From an uncultured Syntrophomonadaceae bacterium (lineage in GTDB: Bacteria > Bacillota > Dethiobacteria > DTU022): a DNA stretch of 64,000 nt. Position numbers and translations under genes: made by a program. The notes beneath the pieces are model-generated. The model was given only the letters and a program-made list of their open reading frames with translations, searched no databases and was not told the DNA's origin. The stretch's first letter is position 1; every line of letters begins with the position of its first letter. The stretch spans positions 48,819 through 112,818 of the forward strand of contig CAYXQO010000003.1 in the NCBI GenBank assembly GCA_964467475.1, in the 5' to 3' direction. Of the stretch, positions 48,733 to 59,147 are shown piece by piece.

Positions 48733-49497
48733 ATGCTTGAGCAGAATGCGAAAAAAGCATATCAAAATCACGAACAGGCAAAGCCACATGAAGGCAGCAG
48801 TGAAGAGGTTATTACCAATTACCTTCCGTTGATTAGAAAGCTGGCCGGTAAGCTCAGCATAGCCTTGCCTCCTTCTCTGGATGAGGAAGACCTGGTCGGA
48901 AGCGGAATTATTGGTTTGATCGAAGCCTGGGAGCGCTATGAAAGTTCGCGAGGCGTGCAGTTTTCTACCTATGCTACCTGGCGAATTAAAGGTGCCATGA
49001 TTGATGAAATCCGTAAAAGCAGTCCGGCGTCGCGTTCATTTTTCAGCCAGTTCCGCAAGCTCCATGAAACTGAAGAAAAATTAAGGCAGACGTTGAACAG
49101 GGAACCGGAGAAGGAAGAAATCGCTTCTTACCTTGGCTGGAATCCTTCCACGGTAGACCAGGTTTGGGCAAATTACAATCTTATGTCGGTAGTGTCCCTG
49201 GAAAAAGTGATTCACTCGCCCGATGGCGATGAGACCCTTCGTTTGGAAGGGGTGATTGCATCGCCTGAGCAAACACCCGAAGAAATACTTGCCGACAAAG
49301 ATCAGGTCAGGCAGTTGGCCGAGGCAATTGATCAACTGCCTGAACGGGAGCGGTTGATGTTGTCTTTATTCTACTATGAAGAGCTTACCAAGAAAGAAAT
49401 TGCCGAACTAATGAAGGTCTCGGCAGCGCGTATTTCACAACTTCATGCCCGGGCTATAGAAAGACTGCGGTTGATGTTGGCAAACCCGTCTGAATAA
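48733..49497 (+). CDS. fliA: Flagellar sigma factor sigma-28 (FliA/SigD)
   Basis: Sigma-70 regions 2 to 4. Position after flhG. Confidence 0.9.
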   Translation: MLEQNAKKAYQNHEQAKPHEGSSEEVITNYLPLIRKLAGKLSIALPPSLDEEDLVGSGIIGLIEAWERYESSRGVQFSTYATWRIKGAMIDEIRKSSPASRSFFSQFRKLHETEEKLRQTLNREPEKEEIASYLGWNPSTVDQVWANYNLMSVVSLEKVIHSPDGDETLRLEGVIASPEQTPEEILADKDQVRQLAEAIDQLPERERLMLSLFYYEELTKKEIAELMKVSAARISQLHARAIERLRLMLANPSE

Positions 49498-49567
49498 TGG
49501 ATTGCCGGTTTTGTTGCCGGAAAGATCAAAAAAGGTTTATTAAAGTGGGGAAGTAAGGAGGTGCTGC

Positions 49568-50059
49568 ATGGGTTATTTAATCCTTGGCTTTTTACTGGGC
49601 GTAGCGGTTAGCTGGTTCTGGCAAACCCAATTCAGCGGTGTTCCTGCCTTTAAGCAATTAATGCAAAAAGAGCTGGCTGTAAATGGGCAGCTGGGTAGTG
49701 TTAACACCCTGAAAAAAAGATTGGAGACATTGGAGGCCCGGTTTTCTGAAATGGAAGCACCTACGGAATTTAAAAATAGGAGTCAGCAGCCAGAAACCGA
49801 ACATATAGAAAAAACAGCAGGTATTACCGGTGCTGTAGACCGAGATCAAGTGCCGGCAGAAACAGCAAAAGGCGTGCAAAAAAGTAACGTTGTAGCGCCG
49901 CTGCGCCCTCCGGCCACAAAAATTGATCGAAACAAGGTGATGTCTCTGTGGCATGAAGGAAAAGATATAGCCGAAATAGCTTCAAAGTTGAACCTGGGGA
50001 AAGGTGAGGTGAAACTGATCATATCCATGCAGGATCGTTTCCGGCAGAAACAAGTTTGA
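49568..50059 (+). CDS. Hypothetical N-terminally anchored membrane protein (in the SwrB-like position after sigD)
   Basis: N-terminal TM helix. A possible HTH-like segment at the C-terminus. Confidence 0.4.
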   Translation: MGYLILGFLLGVAVSWFWQTQFSGVPAFKQLMQKELAVNGQLGSVNTLKKRLETLEARFSEMEAPTEFKNRSQQPETEHIEKTAGITGAVDRDQVPAETAKGVQKSNVVAPLRPPATKIDRNKVMSLWHEGKDIAEIASKLNLGKGEVKLIISMQDRFRQKQV

Positions 50060-50232
50060 CCCGGTTGTCCTGAACTGGCAACCTTTCAATGCCCGGTAAA
50101 TACAAGACAAACTTAAGTTTTTAAACCAGGGTGATAAAAAAAGTGGTGATGTTTTAATTTAATGCTTGATGGTAGTGATAGTTTCTTTTAGTTTGTTAAG
50201 TTATTCAAGAAACCTAAAAGGAGGTGGAAATT

Positions 50233-51009
50233 ATGCGCGGTTTATATTTATCAGAAGGAGCGATGCTGGTCCAGCAATCCCAGTTGGATAATATCAGTAA
50301 CAACCTGGCTAACTTGCGGACTAACGGATACAAGCGCGATCACAATGTGGAAACCAGTTTTGCTGAGTGGATGCTTTATGAACTATATCCCGAGGAAGAA
50401 CAAGGCAGAAACAGGCAGCTCAGGCCGCTCGGATCCAAGGCTCACAATGTGGCTACCCATGAAACGGTAACTTCTTTTGCCCAGGGGCCGCTTAATGTTA
50501 CCGGCCGGAACCTGGATTTTGCCCTGGTGGGTGATGGTTTTTTCCAGGTTGAAGGCGAAGAAGAAGTTCTTTATACGAGGAACGGGCGTTTTGAGCTTGA
50601 TGAAGAAGGCAATCTGGTTACAACTGAAGGTTACCCGGTTCTCGGTGAAGGTGGCCCCATACAGTTAGAATCTGAAGAGGTCTATGCCCATTCTGATGGA
50701 ACGCTGTATCAAGTAGATGAAGATGGCAATACCGATGAAATTGACACATTAGACATAGCGGTGTTTGACCTGGCAGAAGCCGGGTTAGAAAAATACGGTG
50801 AAAATTATTTTACCACCGAAGATGCACCGGACGGAGAAGAAGAATTTGAAGTGGTCCAGGGGTTCCTGGAAGGCTCAAATGCGAACCTTGCCCGGGAAAT
50901 GACAGATATGATGAAGGTCCGACGTTCTTACGAAGCGGCTCAAAAGATCATGATTACCTATGACCAAATTTTAGATCGGGCTGCCAATGAACTTGGCGCT
51001 TCAGTATAA
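50233..51009 (+). CDS. flgF: Flagellar basal-body rod protein (FlgF/FlgG family)
   Basis: NISNNLANLRTNGYKR motif. ATG 50233 follows an AAAGGAGG RBS. Confidence 0.8.
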   Translation: MRGLYLSEGAMLVQQSQLDNISNNLANLRTNGYKRDHNVETSFAEWMLYELYPEEEQGRNRQLRPLGSKAHNVATHETVTSFAQGPLNVTGRNLDFALVGDGFFQVEGEEEVLYTRNGRFELDEEGNLVTTEGYPVLGEGGPIQLESEEVYAHSDGTLYQVDEDGNTDEIDTLDIAVFDLAEAGLEKYGENYFTTEDAPDGEEEFEVVQGFLEGSNANLAREMTDMMKVRRSYEAAQKIMITYDQILDRAANELGASV

Positions 51010-51044
51010 TGTTTTGATGCCGATAATAAGAGAGGTGAGATCTA

Positions 51045-51830
51045 ATGAGTAGATCGTTTTACAACGCTTTTAGCGGAATTGCCGCTTATCAGCGATCTTT
51101 GCAGCAAATAGGCGACAACCTGGCCAATTTAAATACCAATGCCTATAAAAGGTCGGAAGTATCTTTCACCGAATTGCTTTACCGTGATATCCAGGAAAGG
51201 GGATATTCAGTGGATCCTGCCCCTGATGGACCGGTTCCGTTCAGTGGTAAGGGGACTCACATGTATCCCGTAACCAAAATTTTTGACCAGGGATATCTGC
51301 AGGAAACCGAGAGGCCCCTTGATCTTGCCATTGAGGGCGACGGGTTTTTCAGGATTAACCGGGAAGATGGCACCGAAGCTTATACCCGCCGGGGCAGTTT
51401 TTATGTTGATGCTGATGGAAATATAGTGACCGACCGGGGTGATTACCTGGATGTGGATTTTGATCTAGATGGCATCTATGTAAATACCGTAGCAATCGGC
51501 CCGAATGGTCAAGTTAGCGGAGTTAATGAAGCTGGAGAAAGGGTGGATTTGGGCGAAATTCCGCTTTATATATTTCAGAATAACGGAGGTCTTTCCAAGG
51601 AAGAAGGCGGCCTTTTTGAGGAAACAGATACTTCTGGGGCACCGGAGGAATTTGTTCCCGGCACCGGTGAGGCAGGAACGCTTCGCCAGTTTTACCTGGA
51701 AGGTTCGAATGTGGACCTGGCTGCCGAGATGGTCGAACTTATCGCTAACCAGCGTGCACTTGAGGGAAATACCAGGAGTATGATTACCGCAGATGAATTG
51801 AAAGCGCTTACCCTGCTGGTCAGGGGCTAG
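51045..51830 (+). CDS. flgG: Flagellar basal-body rod protein FlgG
   Basis: GDNLANLNTNAYKR motif and a conserved C-terminus. Confidence 0.85.
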   Translation: MSRSFYNAFSGIAAYQRSLQQIGDNLANLNTNAYKRSEVSFTELLYRDIQERGYSVDPAPDGPVPFSGKGTHMYPVTKIFDQGYLQETERPLDLAIEGDGFFRINREDGTEAYTRRGSFYVDADGNIVTDRGDYLDVDFDLDGIYVNTVAIGPNGQVSGVNEAGERVDLGEIPLYIFQNNGGLSKEEGGLFEETDTSGAPEEFVPGTGEAGTLRQFYLEGSNVDLAAEMVELIANQRALEGNTRSMITADELKALTLLVRG

Positions 51831-51864
51831 ATAGTTTTTACCAGGTTGATCGGGAGGTGGCCAT

Positions 51865-52875
51865 GTGAGCAAAGACGCATTAACCCAATCGGAAATTGAC
51901 TCGTTAATCAATGCAATCTCAAGTGGGGATCTGGGAGAAGAAGAAACAACAGAAACAACTACTGAATACCAGACTTATGATTTTCGAAAGCCGACCAAGT
52001 TTACCAAAGAACAGCTTCGGACCCTGCAGATCATCCATGAAAACTATGCCCGGGTTATGGGCAACTTTCTTACTTCATTTTTGCGAGTTCCGGTGAAATT
52101 AAATGTTGTGTCTGTTGCCCAGGTTTCATACGAAGAATTCGTGTTTTCACTTCCTGTGCCAACTTTGATGACAATATTTAACATGTCCAAAGACATGGGT
52201 GTGGCTATGCTGGAAACCAACCCCACCTTTGTATTTACGATTATCGATCTTCTTTTTGGCGGGGAAGGAAGGCAACCGGGGAAAATACGGGAACTGACTG
52301 AAATTGAAATCTCGGTGATGAAACAGATTAACGAAAAATTTCTCGATAACCTTGGCTATGCCTGGAAAGGAATTGCCCAACTGGAACCGCAGATCGAAAG
52401 CATGGATACAAACCCTCAGTTCAACCAGGTAGTTGCCTCCAATGAGACCGTTGCTTTGATCACTTTCTCTGTTACGGTGCAAAATGTGCAGGGCTTTGTT
52501 AATCTTTGTTTTCCATTTATGGGACTGGAGCGCATTCTTTCCAGCCTTACCGCACAACAGTGGTTCAATCAGTTTCAACAAGCTGCTTCGCAGAACAAAC
52601 CCGGGGATATTGAAAAACGTTTGCGCGGTCCGGAAGCGGAAGTAAAGGTTGTGCTTGGCAAGTCCAGGATTACCCTTGATGATTTCTTGCAGCTGCAAGA
52701 AGGTGATGTTCTTCCCCTGCGCCGGCGTAGTGGAGAACCGCTGGAGCTATTGGTGGAAAATAAACCGATTTTTAAAGTTCAACCAGGAACCCGGGGCAAG
52801 AGAGTGGGGGTTAAGATTGTTGATTGGGTTTCCGATGATAAAGATATAGAAAAAACGGGGGATGACTATGGATAG
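51865..52875 (+). CDS. fliM: Flagellar motor switch protein FliM
   Basis: N-terminal LTQSEIDSLI (a CheY-P binding motif) and the FliM middle domain. Confidence 0.9.
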   Translation: MSKDALTQSEIDSLINAISSGDLGEEETTETTTEYQTYDFRKPTKFTKEQLRTLQIIHENYARVMGNFLTSFLRVPVKLNVVSVAQVSYEEFVFSLPVPTLMTIFNMSKDMGVAMLETNPTFVFTIIDLLFGGEGRQPGKIRELTEIEISVMKQINEKFLDNLGYAWKGIAQLEPQIESMDTNPQFNQVVASNETVALITFSVTVQNVQGFVNLCFPFMGLERILSSLTAQQWFNQFQQAASQNKPGDIEKRLRGPEAEVKVVLGKSRITLDDFLQLQEGDVLPLRRRSGEPLELLVENKPIFKVQPGTRGKRVGVKIVDWVSDDKDIEKTGDDYG

Positions 52876-53212
52876 CCGGCATATATTGTCAGAAGAAGAA
52901 ATGAACGCCTTGCTTAACGAGGATTCGAATCGTGAAGATGAGCTGAAGATGGATCTAAAGCTCAAACTGGTTCTCGATTTTCCCCTGGAGGTTTCTGTCC
53001 GTCTTGGCAAAGCGGAGAGAACAATTGGGCAGTTGCTCAATTTGACTGTGGGGACAGTTATTGAGCTCGACAAAATGATTGAAGAACCGGTTGAATTAAT
53101 GGTTAACGGCAAAACTTTTGCTGAAGGTGAAGTGATCACAATTGATGAGACCTTCGGGATACGTCTGAAAAATATTATTAAACCGGAGGAACGAATTGAA
53201 ACCTTGCGTTAA
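52862..53212 (+). CDS. fliN: Flagellar motor switch protein FliN
   Basis: SpoA domain, 116 aa. Confidence 0.85.
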   Translation: MTMDSRHILSEEEMNALLNEDSNREDELKMDLKLKLVLDFPLEVSVRLGKAERTIGQLLNLTVGTVIELDKMIEEPVELMVNGKTFAEGEVITIDETFGIRLKNIIKPEERIETLR

Positions 53213-53236
53213 ACTGGGATGGAAAGGAAGGATTAA

Positions 53237-55000
53237 GTGGAAGATTTAAGTGCGCTTGAAAAAGACACCCTGGCCGAGGTGGGAAATATATCTCTTGGTG
53301 CTTCTGCTACTGCCCTGTCGACCATCCTTGATAAATTTGTGGATATAACCACACCACAGCTTTCAATTTTTGATGGTAGCGAGGTCAGTCAAAAGTATCC
53401 TATACCTTGTCTTTTGGTAGAGGTGGAATATACCTCGGGACTACAGGGCAGCAATATCTTGCTGATCAAAGAACAGGATGCCGTGGTCATTGCCGCCCTG
53501 ATGATGGGTGAAGATCCTAAAGATAAAAAAGGACCGCTAAGCGAAATTGAGATGAGTGCCGTCCAAGAGGCAATGAATCAGATGATGGGTTCGATGGCTA
53601 CCTCCATGTCAGAGCTGTTCCAGCGAACCATTGAGCTATCCACCCCCAATATTGATCTGATTAACCTGGCTGAGGAGAAGCCCGAGCATGAGTCGTTATC
53701 TTCTGAAGGAAAAGTCGTCCATGTCCAATTTTCGATGCAGGTTGATGATATTATTGACAGCATTATGGTCCAGGTAATCCCGCTTGATTTTGCCCGGGAA
53801 ATGTGCTCTCACCTTTTATCAGGCGGTGCAGAAACGGCTTCTGCTCCGGAGGAACAAACTACTTCCGGGCCGGAGGCAGTAGCTGACATCCCTGGTGTTG
53901 ATCAAGATGGTGAGGAGGAAGATTACGGAATTGAAACGGTGTCAATTGATACCGGTAAAAAAGAAGCGGTGCCCGAGACAGAATCGGAAGAATTAAGCGA
54001 TCTGGAAAAAGATACGGTGGCGGAAGTGGGCAATATTTCCCTGGGGGCTTCAGCGACAGCTCTTTCGACGATCCTTGACAAATCAGTTGATATAACTACT
54101 CCACAATTGGACATCCGGAAAGTAAACGAAATTCAAGAAAAATACCCGGTTCCGTGTTTGCTGGTAAAAGTAGAATATATTTCGGGATTAGAAGGCAGTA
54201 ACGTTTTAATGATCAAGGAAAATGATGCTTTAATTATTGCTGCCTTAATGATGGGTGAAGATCCGGAGACCAAGGAAGGGCCGTTAAGTGAAATAGAATT
54301 GAGCGCAGTCCAGGAAGCAATGAACCAGATGATGGGTTCTATGGCTACTTCAATGTCTGAGCTTTTCCAAAGGACTATCGAGATTTCTACTCCTGTCCTT
54401 GAGTCAATTGATCTTTCTACCGGCCTGCCGCAGCTGTACGATTTTGATCATGATGATAATGTGGTGCACGTAGAATTCAACATGAAAATAGCGGATGTCA
54501 TCGATAGTGTCATGATCCAGGTGATTCCAGTCAAGTTTGCCAAGAAAATGGCTGGGTACCTTCTTTATGGAGAAAGCGATCCGGAATCAGCACCGGTGGA
54601 AACCACTGAAGATACGGAAATGTCTCCCGAACCGGAGCCTGGGCCTCCGGAAATGGCATCTCAACCGGAAACGGAAGAAAGCGAGTCACCTGCAGGAATG
54701 CCTGAAACTACCGAGGTTGCGGGAAAAATGGCGGTTGATATGCAAAAGTTGAATTTGGTTAAAGACATTCCAATGGATATTGTAGTGGTGCTTGGTTCAG
54801 CGAGGGTTCCACTGGGTCAGCTTTTTTCCATGGATAAGGGAGGTATTGTCGAACTTGATTGTAATGTTAATGACCCGGTCGAAATTTTGGCAAATGATAA
54901 GCTTTTAGCGAGGGGAGAAGTAGTGATGATCAACGATCAACTGGGTGTCAGGATAACTGAAATTCAGTTCGAAGAAGTTATTGAAAGCTACGGTATATAA
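53237..55000 (+). CDS. fliY: FliY-type switch protein with two tandem CheC-like domains and a C-terminal FliN domain
   Basis: EVGNISLGASATALS..(D/E) CheC motifs occur twice, followed by a SpoA C-terminus. Confidence 0.85.
   Translation: MEDLSALEKDTLAEVGNISLGASATALSTILDKFVDITTPQLSIFDGSEVSQKYPIPCLLVEVEYTSGLQGSNILLIKEQDAVVIAALMMGEDPKDKKGPLSEIEMSAVQEAMNQMMGSMATSMSELFQRTIELSTPNIDLINLAEEKPEHESLSSEGKVVHVQFSMQVDDIIDSIMVQVIPLDFAREMCSHLLSGGAETASAPEEQTTSGPEAVADIPGVDQDGEEEDYGIETVSIDTGKKEAVPETESEELSDLEKDTVAEVGNISLGASATALSTILDKSVDITTPQLDIRKVNEIQEKYPVPCLLVKVEYISGLEGSNVLMIKENDALIIAALMMGEDPETKEGPLSEIELSAVQEAMNQMMGSMATSMSELFQRTIEISTPVLESIDLSTGLPQLYDFDHDDNVVHVEFNMKIADVIDSVMIQVIPVKFAKKMAGYLLYGESDPESAPVETTEDTEMSPEPEPGPPEMASQPETEESESPAGMPETTEVAGKMAVDMQKLNLVKDIPMDIVVVLGSARVPLGQLFSMDKGGIVELDCNVNDPVEILANDKLLARGEVVMINDQLGVRITEIQFEEVIESYGI
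53246..54580 (+). repeat. Intragenic tandem duplication (~585 nt units with a 750 nt period) encoding two CheC-like domains
   Basis: Protein segments 4-197 and 254-447 are ~70% identical. The nucleotide copies are diverged to roughly 75%. Confidence 0.75.
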
Positions 55001-55032
55001 ACAACCAGGTTTATATGCAGGGAGGTAATAAA

Positions 55033-57183
55033 ATGGATATCAGTCAATATGCTGAGCTTTTCCAGGCTGAAGCCGGGGAGTATATGCAGGTGTTAAACCA
55101 GTGTTTGCTTAATTTAGAAAAAAATCCTAAAAATCAGGAAGAGCTTCACGAAGCATTTCGAGTGGCGCACAGTTTAAAAGGCATGGCCGGGACAATGGGC
55201 TATCAGCATGTAACCAATATCGCTCACGGACTTGAAAATTTTATGGAAGATTTTAAAAGTCTTGAACGAGAACCAGGCCCGGAAATAATCGATCTTATAT
55301 TTGAAGCGGTTGACTTGTTGCAAGAAGCACTTGAAACTCCCGACCAATCTACAGAAGAAGATCAACGGAAGTGGGATCAGCTTTTAGCCAGGATGAAACA
55401 GGCAAAAGATGATGGGCCCTCGGGTAATGCTTCGGAAGAAGCTGCAGCAGAGAACATGGAAGATCTTTTTGACCTTGGTCCTATGGATCAGGAAGTACTC
55501 AGGCAGGCGGAAGAACAGGGCAGCAATCCCTGTGTAGTTGAAATAGAATTAAAAGAGGACACCTTGATGAAATCTGTCCGGGTGCATATGATTATTAAAG
55601 GAATCGAGGAATTTGCCGAAATAGTTAAAACTGTTCCTCCACAACAAAATTTAGAAGAAGAAGAGTTTGAACAATCTTTCCGGGTGCTTTTAATCCTGGA
55701 AGCAGGGGAACCCGAAGAATTAAAAGAAAAGATTTTACAGATAACCGATGTTGAAAATGTAAATATCAATTTATGGAATAGCGAAGGAAAAGCAGATGGT
55801 TCAGAGAGCTTTTTGGAAGATAAAGATGTAGAAACTGAGGAAGAACCCGGCGAACAAATCGAGAGACCTAATGAAACGAAAAGTCTTGTAGAGGATAAAA
55901 AACAGCCTGCAACAGAAGAGCTGGATAAAGAAAAGGCCTCCAGTGATAATAAAAAATCTGCTGCTTCAAGCGGAGAGCAGGGGCAGGTATCCAAGGCTGT
56001 TGATAAAATGGTCAGGGTTGAAACTCAAAAGCTGGATGACCTGGTAAACCTGGTTGGTGAAATGGTGGTAGCAAGGACCAGGATTACTGAAATAGGACAT
56101 GGTTTCAATGAAGACCTTGACAGTACTATTGATCAGCTAAAACGCTCTATTACAAACTTACAGGATACAGCCATGGAATTGCGCATGGTTCCAATTGACC
56201 AGGTTTTTGGACGCTTCCCCCGGATGGTCCGGGATTTGTGCCGGGAAAAGGGCAAACAAGTACAACTTCATATCAGCGGAGAGGAAACCGAGCTTGACCG
56301 CTCCATAATTAACCGGCTTTCCGATCCCCTGGTGCACCTGCTGCGCAATGCTTTTGACCACGGTATTGAAACTCCGGAGAAGCGAAAAGAAAAGGGCAAA
56401 AATCCCGAAGGATCTATTTACTTAAATGCCCGTCATGAGGGAAACCAGGTAGTTATAACTGTTGAAGATGACGGTGGAGGGATAGATCCTCAAAAAATAG
56501 GTGAACTGGCGATTCAAAGAGGGGTGATTACGGAAGAGGAAAAGAAACAGCTGAGCAAGGACGATTTGGTCAGCCTAATATTTTTCAGTGGATTCAGCAC
56601 TTCTGAGGAGATTACTGATGTTTCGGGCAGGGGGGTAGGAATGGATGCAGTTAGGAACAGTATCGAAGCTTTGCACGGAACGGTTGAAGTTAACAGTGAA
56701 GTTGGTGTGATGACCCGTTTCGAAATCCGTCTTCCTTTAACCCTGGCGATCATAACTACGCTGCTGGTGAAATCTAATAATCAGCTTTATGCTATTCCTG
56801 TAGAAGTGATCCGGGAAAACGTTTATCTTGATGCAAAGGAAATAAAATCGATACGCGGAAATCCTGTGGTTAATCTCAGAGGGGAAGTGATTCCACTTCA
56901 TACTCTTAGCAGTTTACTTGGTTTTGAACTAAACGAAATGCCGGATGAGGAGTGCTCGGTGGTTATTGTAGAGGCGTCTAACCGCAAGGCCGGTTTTATC
57001 GTCGATGAACTGGTTGGCCAGGAAGAAATAATGATCAAATCGTTGGGCAGTTTGCTTAAGGGATTAAAAGGAATTGCCGGTGCTACGGTTCTTGGGGACG
57101 GCAGTGTAACTTTAATTATAGATGTGGCAGGTCTTTTAAGCGAAGGGAGGGATTATGTTGAGCAAAACAGTATTGGTGGTTGA
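55033..57183 (+). CDS. cheA: Chemotaxis histidine kinase CheA
   Basis: HPt motif HSLKGMAG, HATPase domain and a C-terminal CheW-like domain. Confidence 0.9.
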   Translation: MDISQYAELFQAEAGEYMQVLNQCLLNLEKNPKNQEELHEAFRVAHSLKGMAGTMGYQHVTNIAHGLENFMEDFKSLEREPGPEIIDLIFEAVDLLQEALETPDQSTEEDQRKWDQLLARMKQAKDDGPSGNASEEAAAENMEDLFDLGPMDQEVLRQAEEQGSNPCVVEIELKEDTLMKSVRVHMIIKGIEEFAEIVKTVPPQQNLEEEEFEQSFRVLLILEAGEPEELKEKILQITDVENVNINLWNSEGKADGSESFLEDKDVETEEEPGEQIERPNETKSLVEDKKQPATEELDKEKASSDNKKSAASSGEQGQVSKAVDKMVRVETQKLDDLVNLVGEMVVARTRITEIGHGFNEDLDSTIDQLKRSITNLQDTAMELRMVPIDQVFGRFPRMVRDLCREKGKQVQLHISGEETELDRSIINRLSDPLVHLLRNAFDHGIETPEKRKEKGKNPEGSIYLNARHEGNQVVITVEDDGGGIDPQKIGELAIQRGVITEEEKKQLSKDDLVSLIFFSGFSTSEEITDVSGRGVGMDAVRNSIEALHGTVEVNSEVGVMTRFEIRLPLTLAIITTLLVKSNNQLYAIPVEVIRENVYLDAKEIKSIRGNPVVNLRGEVIPLHTLSSLLGFELNEMPDEECSVVIVEASNRKAGFIVDELVGQEEIMIKSLGSLLKGLKGIAGATVLGDGSVTLIIDVAGLLSEGRDYVEQNSIGG

Positions 57184-57520
57184 TGACACTGCTTTTATGA
57201 GGATGACTCTAAAGAGTATGCTGGAAAAAAATGGTTATGAGGTAGTAGGTGAAGGTGAAGATGGTGTGAGGGGAGTGGAACTATTTAAGGAATTGAAGCC
57301 ATCCCTGGTGACAATGGATATTACCATGCCTAACAAAGATGGGATTACAGCTATAAAAGAAATTATGGAATATGATCCTAATGCAATGGTTATAGTTGTC
57401 AGCGCTATGGGACAAAAAAGCTTAGTAATAGAAGCCTTAAATGCCGGAGCCAAAGATTTTGTGGTCAAACCCTTCCAGCCGGATCGGATAGCGGAAGCTT
57501 TGGCTAAGTTAGAGGGATAA
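57155..57520 (+). CDS. cheY: Chemotaxis response regulator CheY
   Basis: A single REC domain of 121 aa. Confidence 0.8.
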   Translation: MLSKTVLVVDDTAFMRMTLKSMLEKNGYEVVGEGEDGVRGVELFKELKPSLVTMDITMPNKDGITAIKEIMEYDPNAMVIVVSAMGQKSLVIEALNAGAKDFVVKPFQPDRIAEALAKLEG

Positions 57521-57563
57521 AAACTATAACAATAGTTTGTCTTATCCGACGCGGAGGTTTTAA

Positions 57564-58052
57564 ATGGAAACAGTACACGTTAAAATAGCTGATCTGGCAG
57601 TGAAAAAAGACAGTGGGGTTTTGGTTACATTCGGTCTTGGATCTTGTATCGGGATAGCCCTTTATGACCATAATGTAAAAGTAGGTGGGCTTGCCCATAT
57701 TTTGTTAAATGACAGCAGTAAATTTAAGCGGCCCAGTTCCGGAGATGTGAACCCGGCAAAATTTGCCGATACCGCTATTCCTCATATGATCGACCAAATG
57801 GTTACCATTGGAGCCAGGAAAAACAATATTGTAGCCCAAATAGCCGGTGGGGCCAGCCTGTTTAATTTTCAAAATGAATCAGGCAATGTAGGATTTAAAA
57901 ATATTGAGGCAGTACGCAATGTTTTGAAGGAGCAGGGGATTAAAATTATCAGTGCAGAAGTGGGTGGCAAATGTGGCAGAACCATGCGTCTGTTTGTTGA
58001 TTCAGGGGAGGTAAAAATAACAACAGTTGGTGAAGGAGCCGTGAAGAAGTGA
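57564..58052 (+). CDS. cheD: Chemoreceptor glutamine deamidase CheD
   Basis: CheD family with GLGSCIG. Confidence 0.85.
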   Translation: METVHVKIADLAVKKDSGVLVTFGLGSCIGIALYDHNVKVGGLAHILLNDSSKFKRPSSGDVNPAKFADTAIPHMIDQMVTIGARKNNIVAQIAGGASLFNFQNESGNVGFKNIEAVRNVLKEQGIKIISAEVGGKCGRTMRLFVDSGEVKITTVGEGAVKK

Positions 58053-59110
58053 ACAGGATACGCGTTTTGGTGGTTGAAGATTCAGCATTCATGCGTCGCA
58101 TAATCAGTGATATTGTTAATGAACATTCGGAAATGGAAGTGATCGCTACTGCCAGGGATGGTGTTGATGCCCTGGGAAAAATAAAAAAAGATTGCCCGGA
58201 TGTAGTGACCATGGATCTGGAAATGCCACGTTTGGATGGAATTAAGACATTGCAACGTTTGATGGCGGAAGATCCACTACCGGTAATAATGTTAAGCACT
58301 CATACAAGGGTAGGTAGCGAAGTGACTCTGAAAGCCTTGGATGCAGGAGCAGTAGATATTATTGCTAAGCCGAGCTTAAATATTTCAGGTTCGGGTGAAG
58401 GATCTGTCGAGGAGCTAAAAAATGTGTTGCCTCAAAAAATAAAAGCTGCAGCTTCAGCTCAGGTTAGTTTGATTACTACAGAAAAACCGGGGCCGGCTAT
58501 GGCTGCAAAAAATCTACAGCCAAAGCGCAGAGAAGAAGAGGCCAGGGTTATCATCGCTATTGGTGCCTCGACAGGGGGTCCCAAAGCATTGGAGGGTGTA
58601 TTTAACAGATTGCCGGCTAACTTACCGGCAACTATCCTGCTTTCTCAACATATGCCGCCGGGTTTTACCCTGTCTTTTGCACAAAGGCTTGATATGATCT
58701 CTCCCTTGAGGGTTAAAGAAGCGGAAAATGGTGACCCCCTGCTTAAAGGACTTGCCCTGGTAGCTCCCGGGGGTTTTCACATGATAGTGAAAAATGGCAA
58801 GGTGCAATTGGATACGGGTCCAAGAGTCAACTTTGTTCGTCCGGCAATCGATGTTATGTATGAATCATTGCTGGAATGTGAACAAAAAGTATTGGTGGTG
58901 ATTATGACCGGCATGGGTAAGGATGGTACAGCCGGAACAGTCGCTCTAAAAAAGAAAAAAAAGGATACGATTGTAATAGTGCAGGAACCGGAATCAGCGC
59001 TAATTCCCAGTATGCCTGCGGCAATTATCAAAGCCGGTTTATGTGATGCCCGGGTACCTTTGGAAAAACTGGCAAGTGAAATAGATCGTTATACCGGGGT
59101 TCTTATTTGA
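58049..59110 (+). CDS. cheB: Chemotaxis methylesterase CheB
   Basis: REC domain plus a methylesterase domain carrying GASTGGP. Confidence 0.9.
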   Translation: MNRIRVLVVEDSAFMRRIISDIVNEHSEMEVIATARDGVDALGKIKKDCPDVVTMDLEMPRLDGIKTLQRLMAEDPLPVIMLSTHTRVGSEVTLKALDAGAVDIIAKPSLNISGSGEGSVEELKNVLPQKIKAAASAQVSLITTEKPGPAMAAKNLQPKRREEEARVIIAIGASTGGPKALEGVFNRLPANLPATILLSQHMPPGFTLSFAQRLDMISPLRVKEAENGDPLLKGLALVAPGGFHMIVKNGKVQLDTGPRVNFVRPAIDVMYESLLECEQKVLVVIMTGMGKDGTAGTVALKKKKKDTIVIVQEPESALIPSMPAAIIKAGLCDARVPLEKLASEIDRYTGVLI

Positions 59111-59147
59111 AACTGTGATTACAGGATGTGAAAGGAGATGAAACTGA

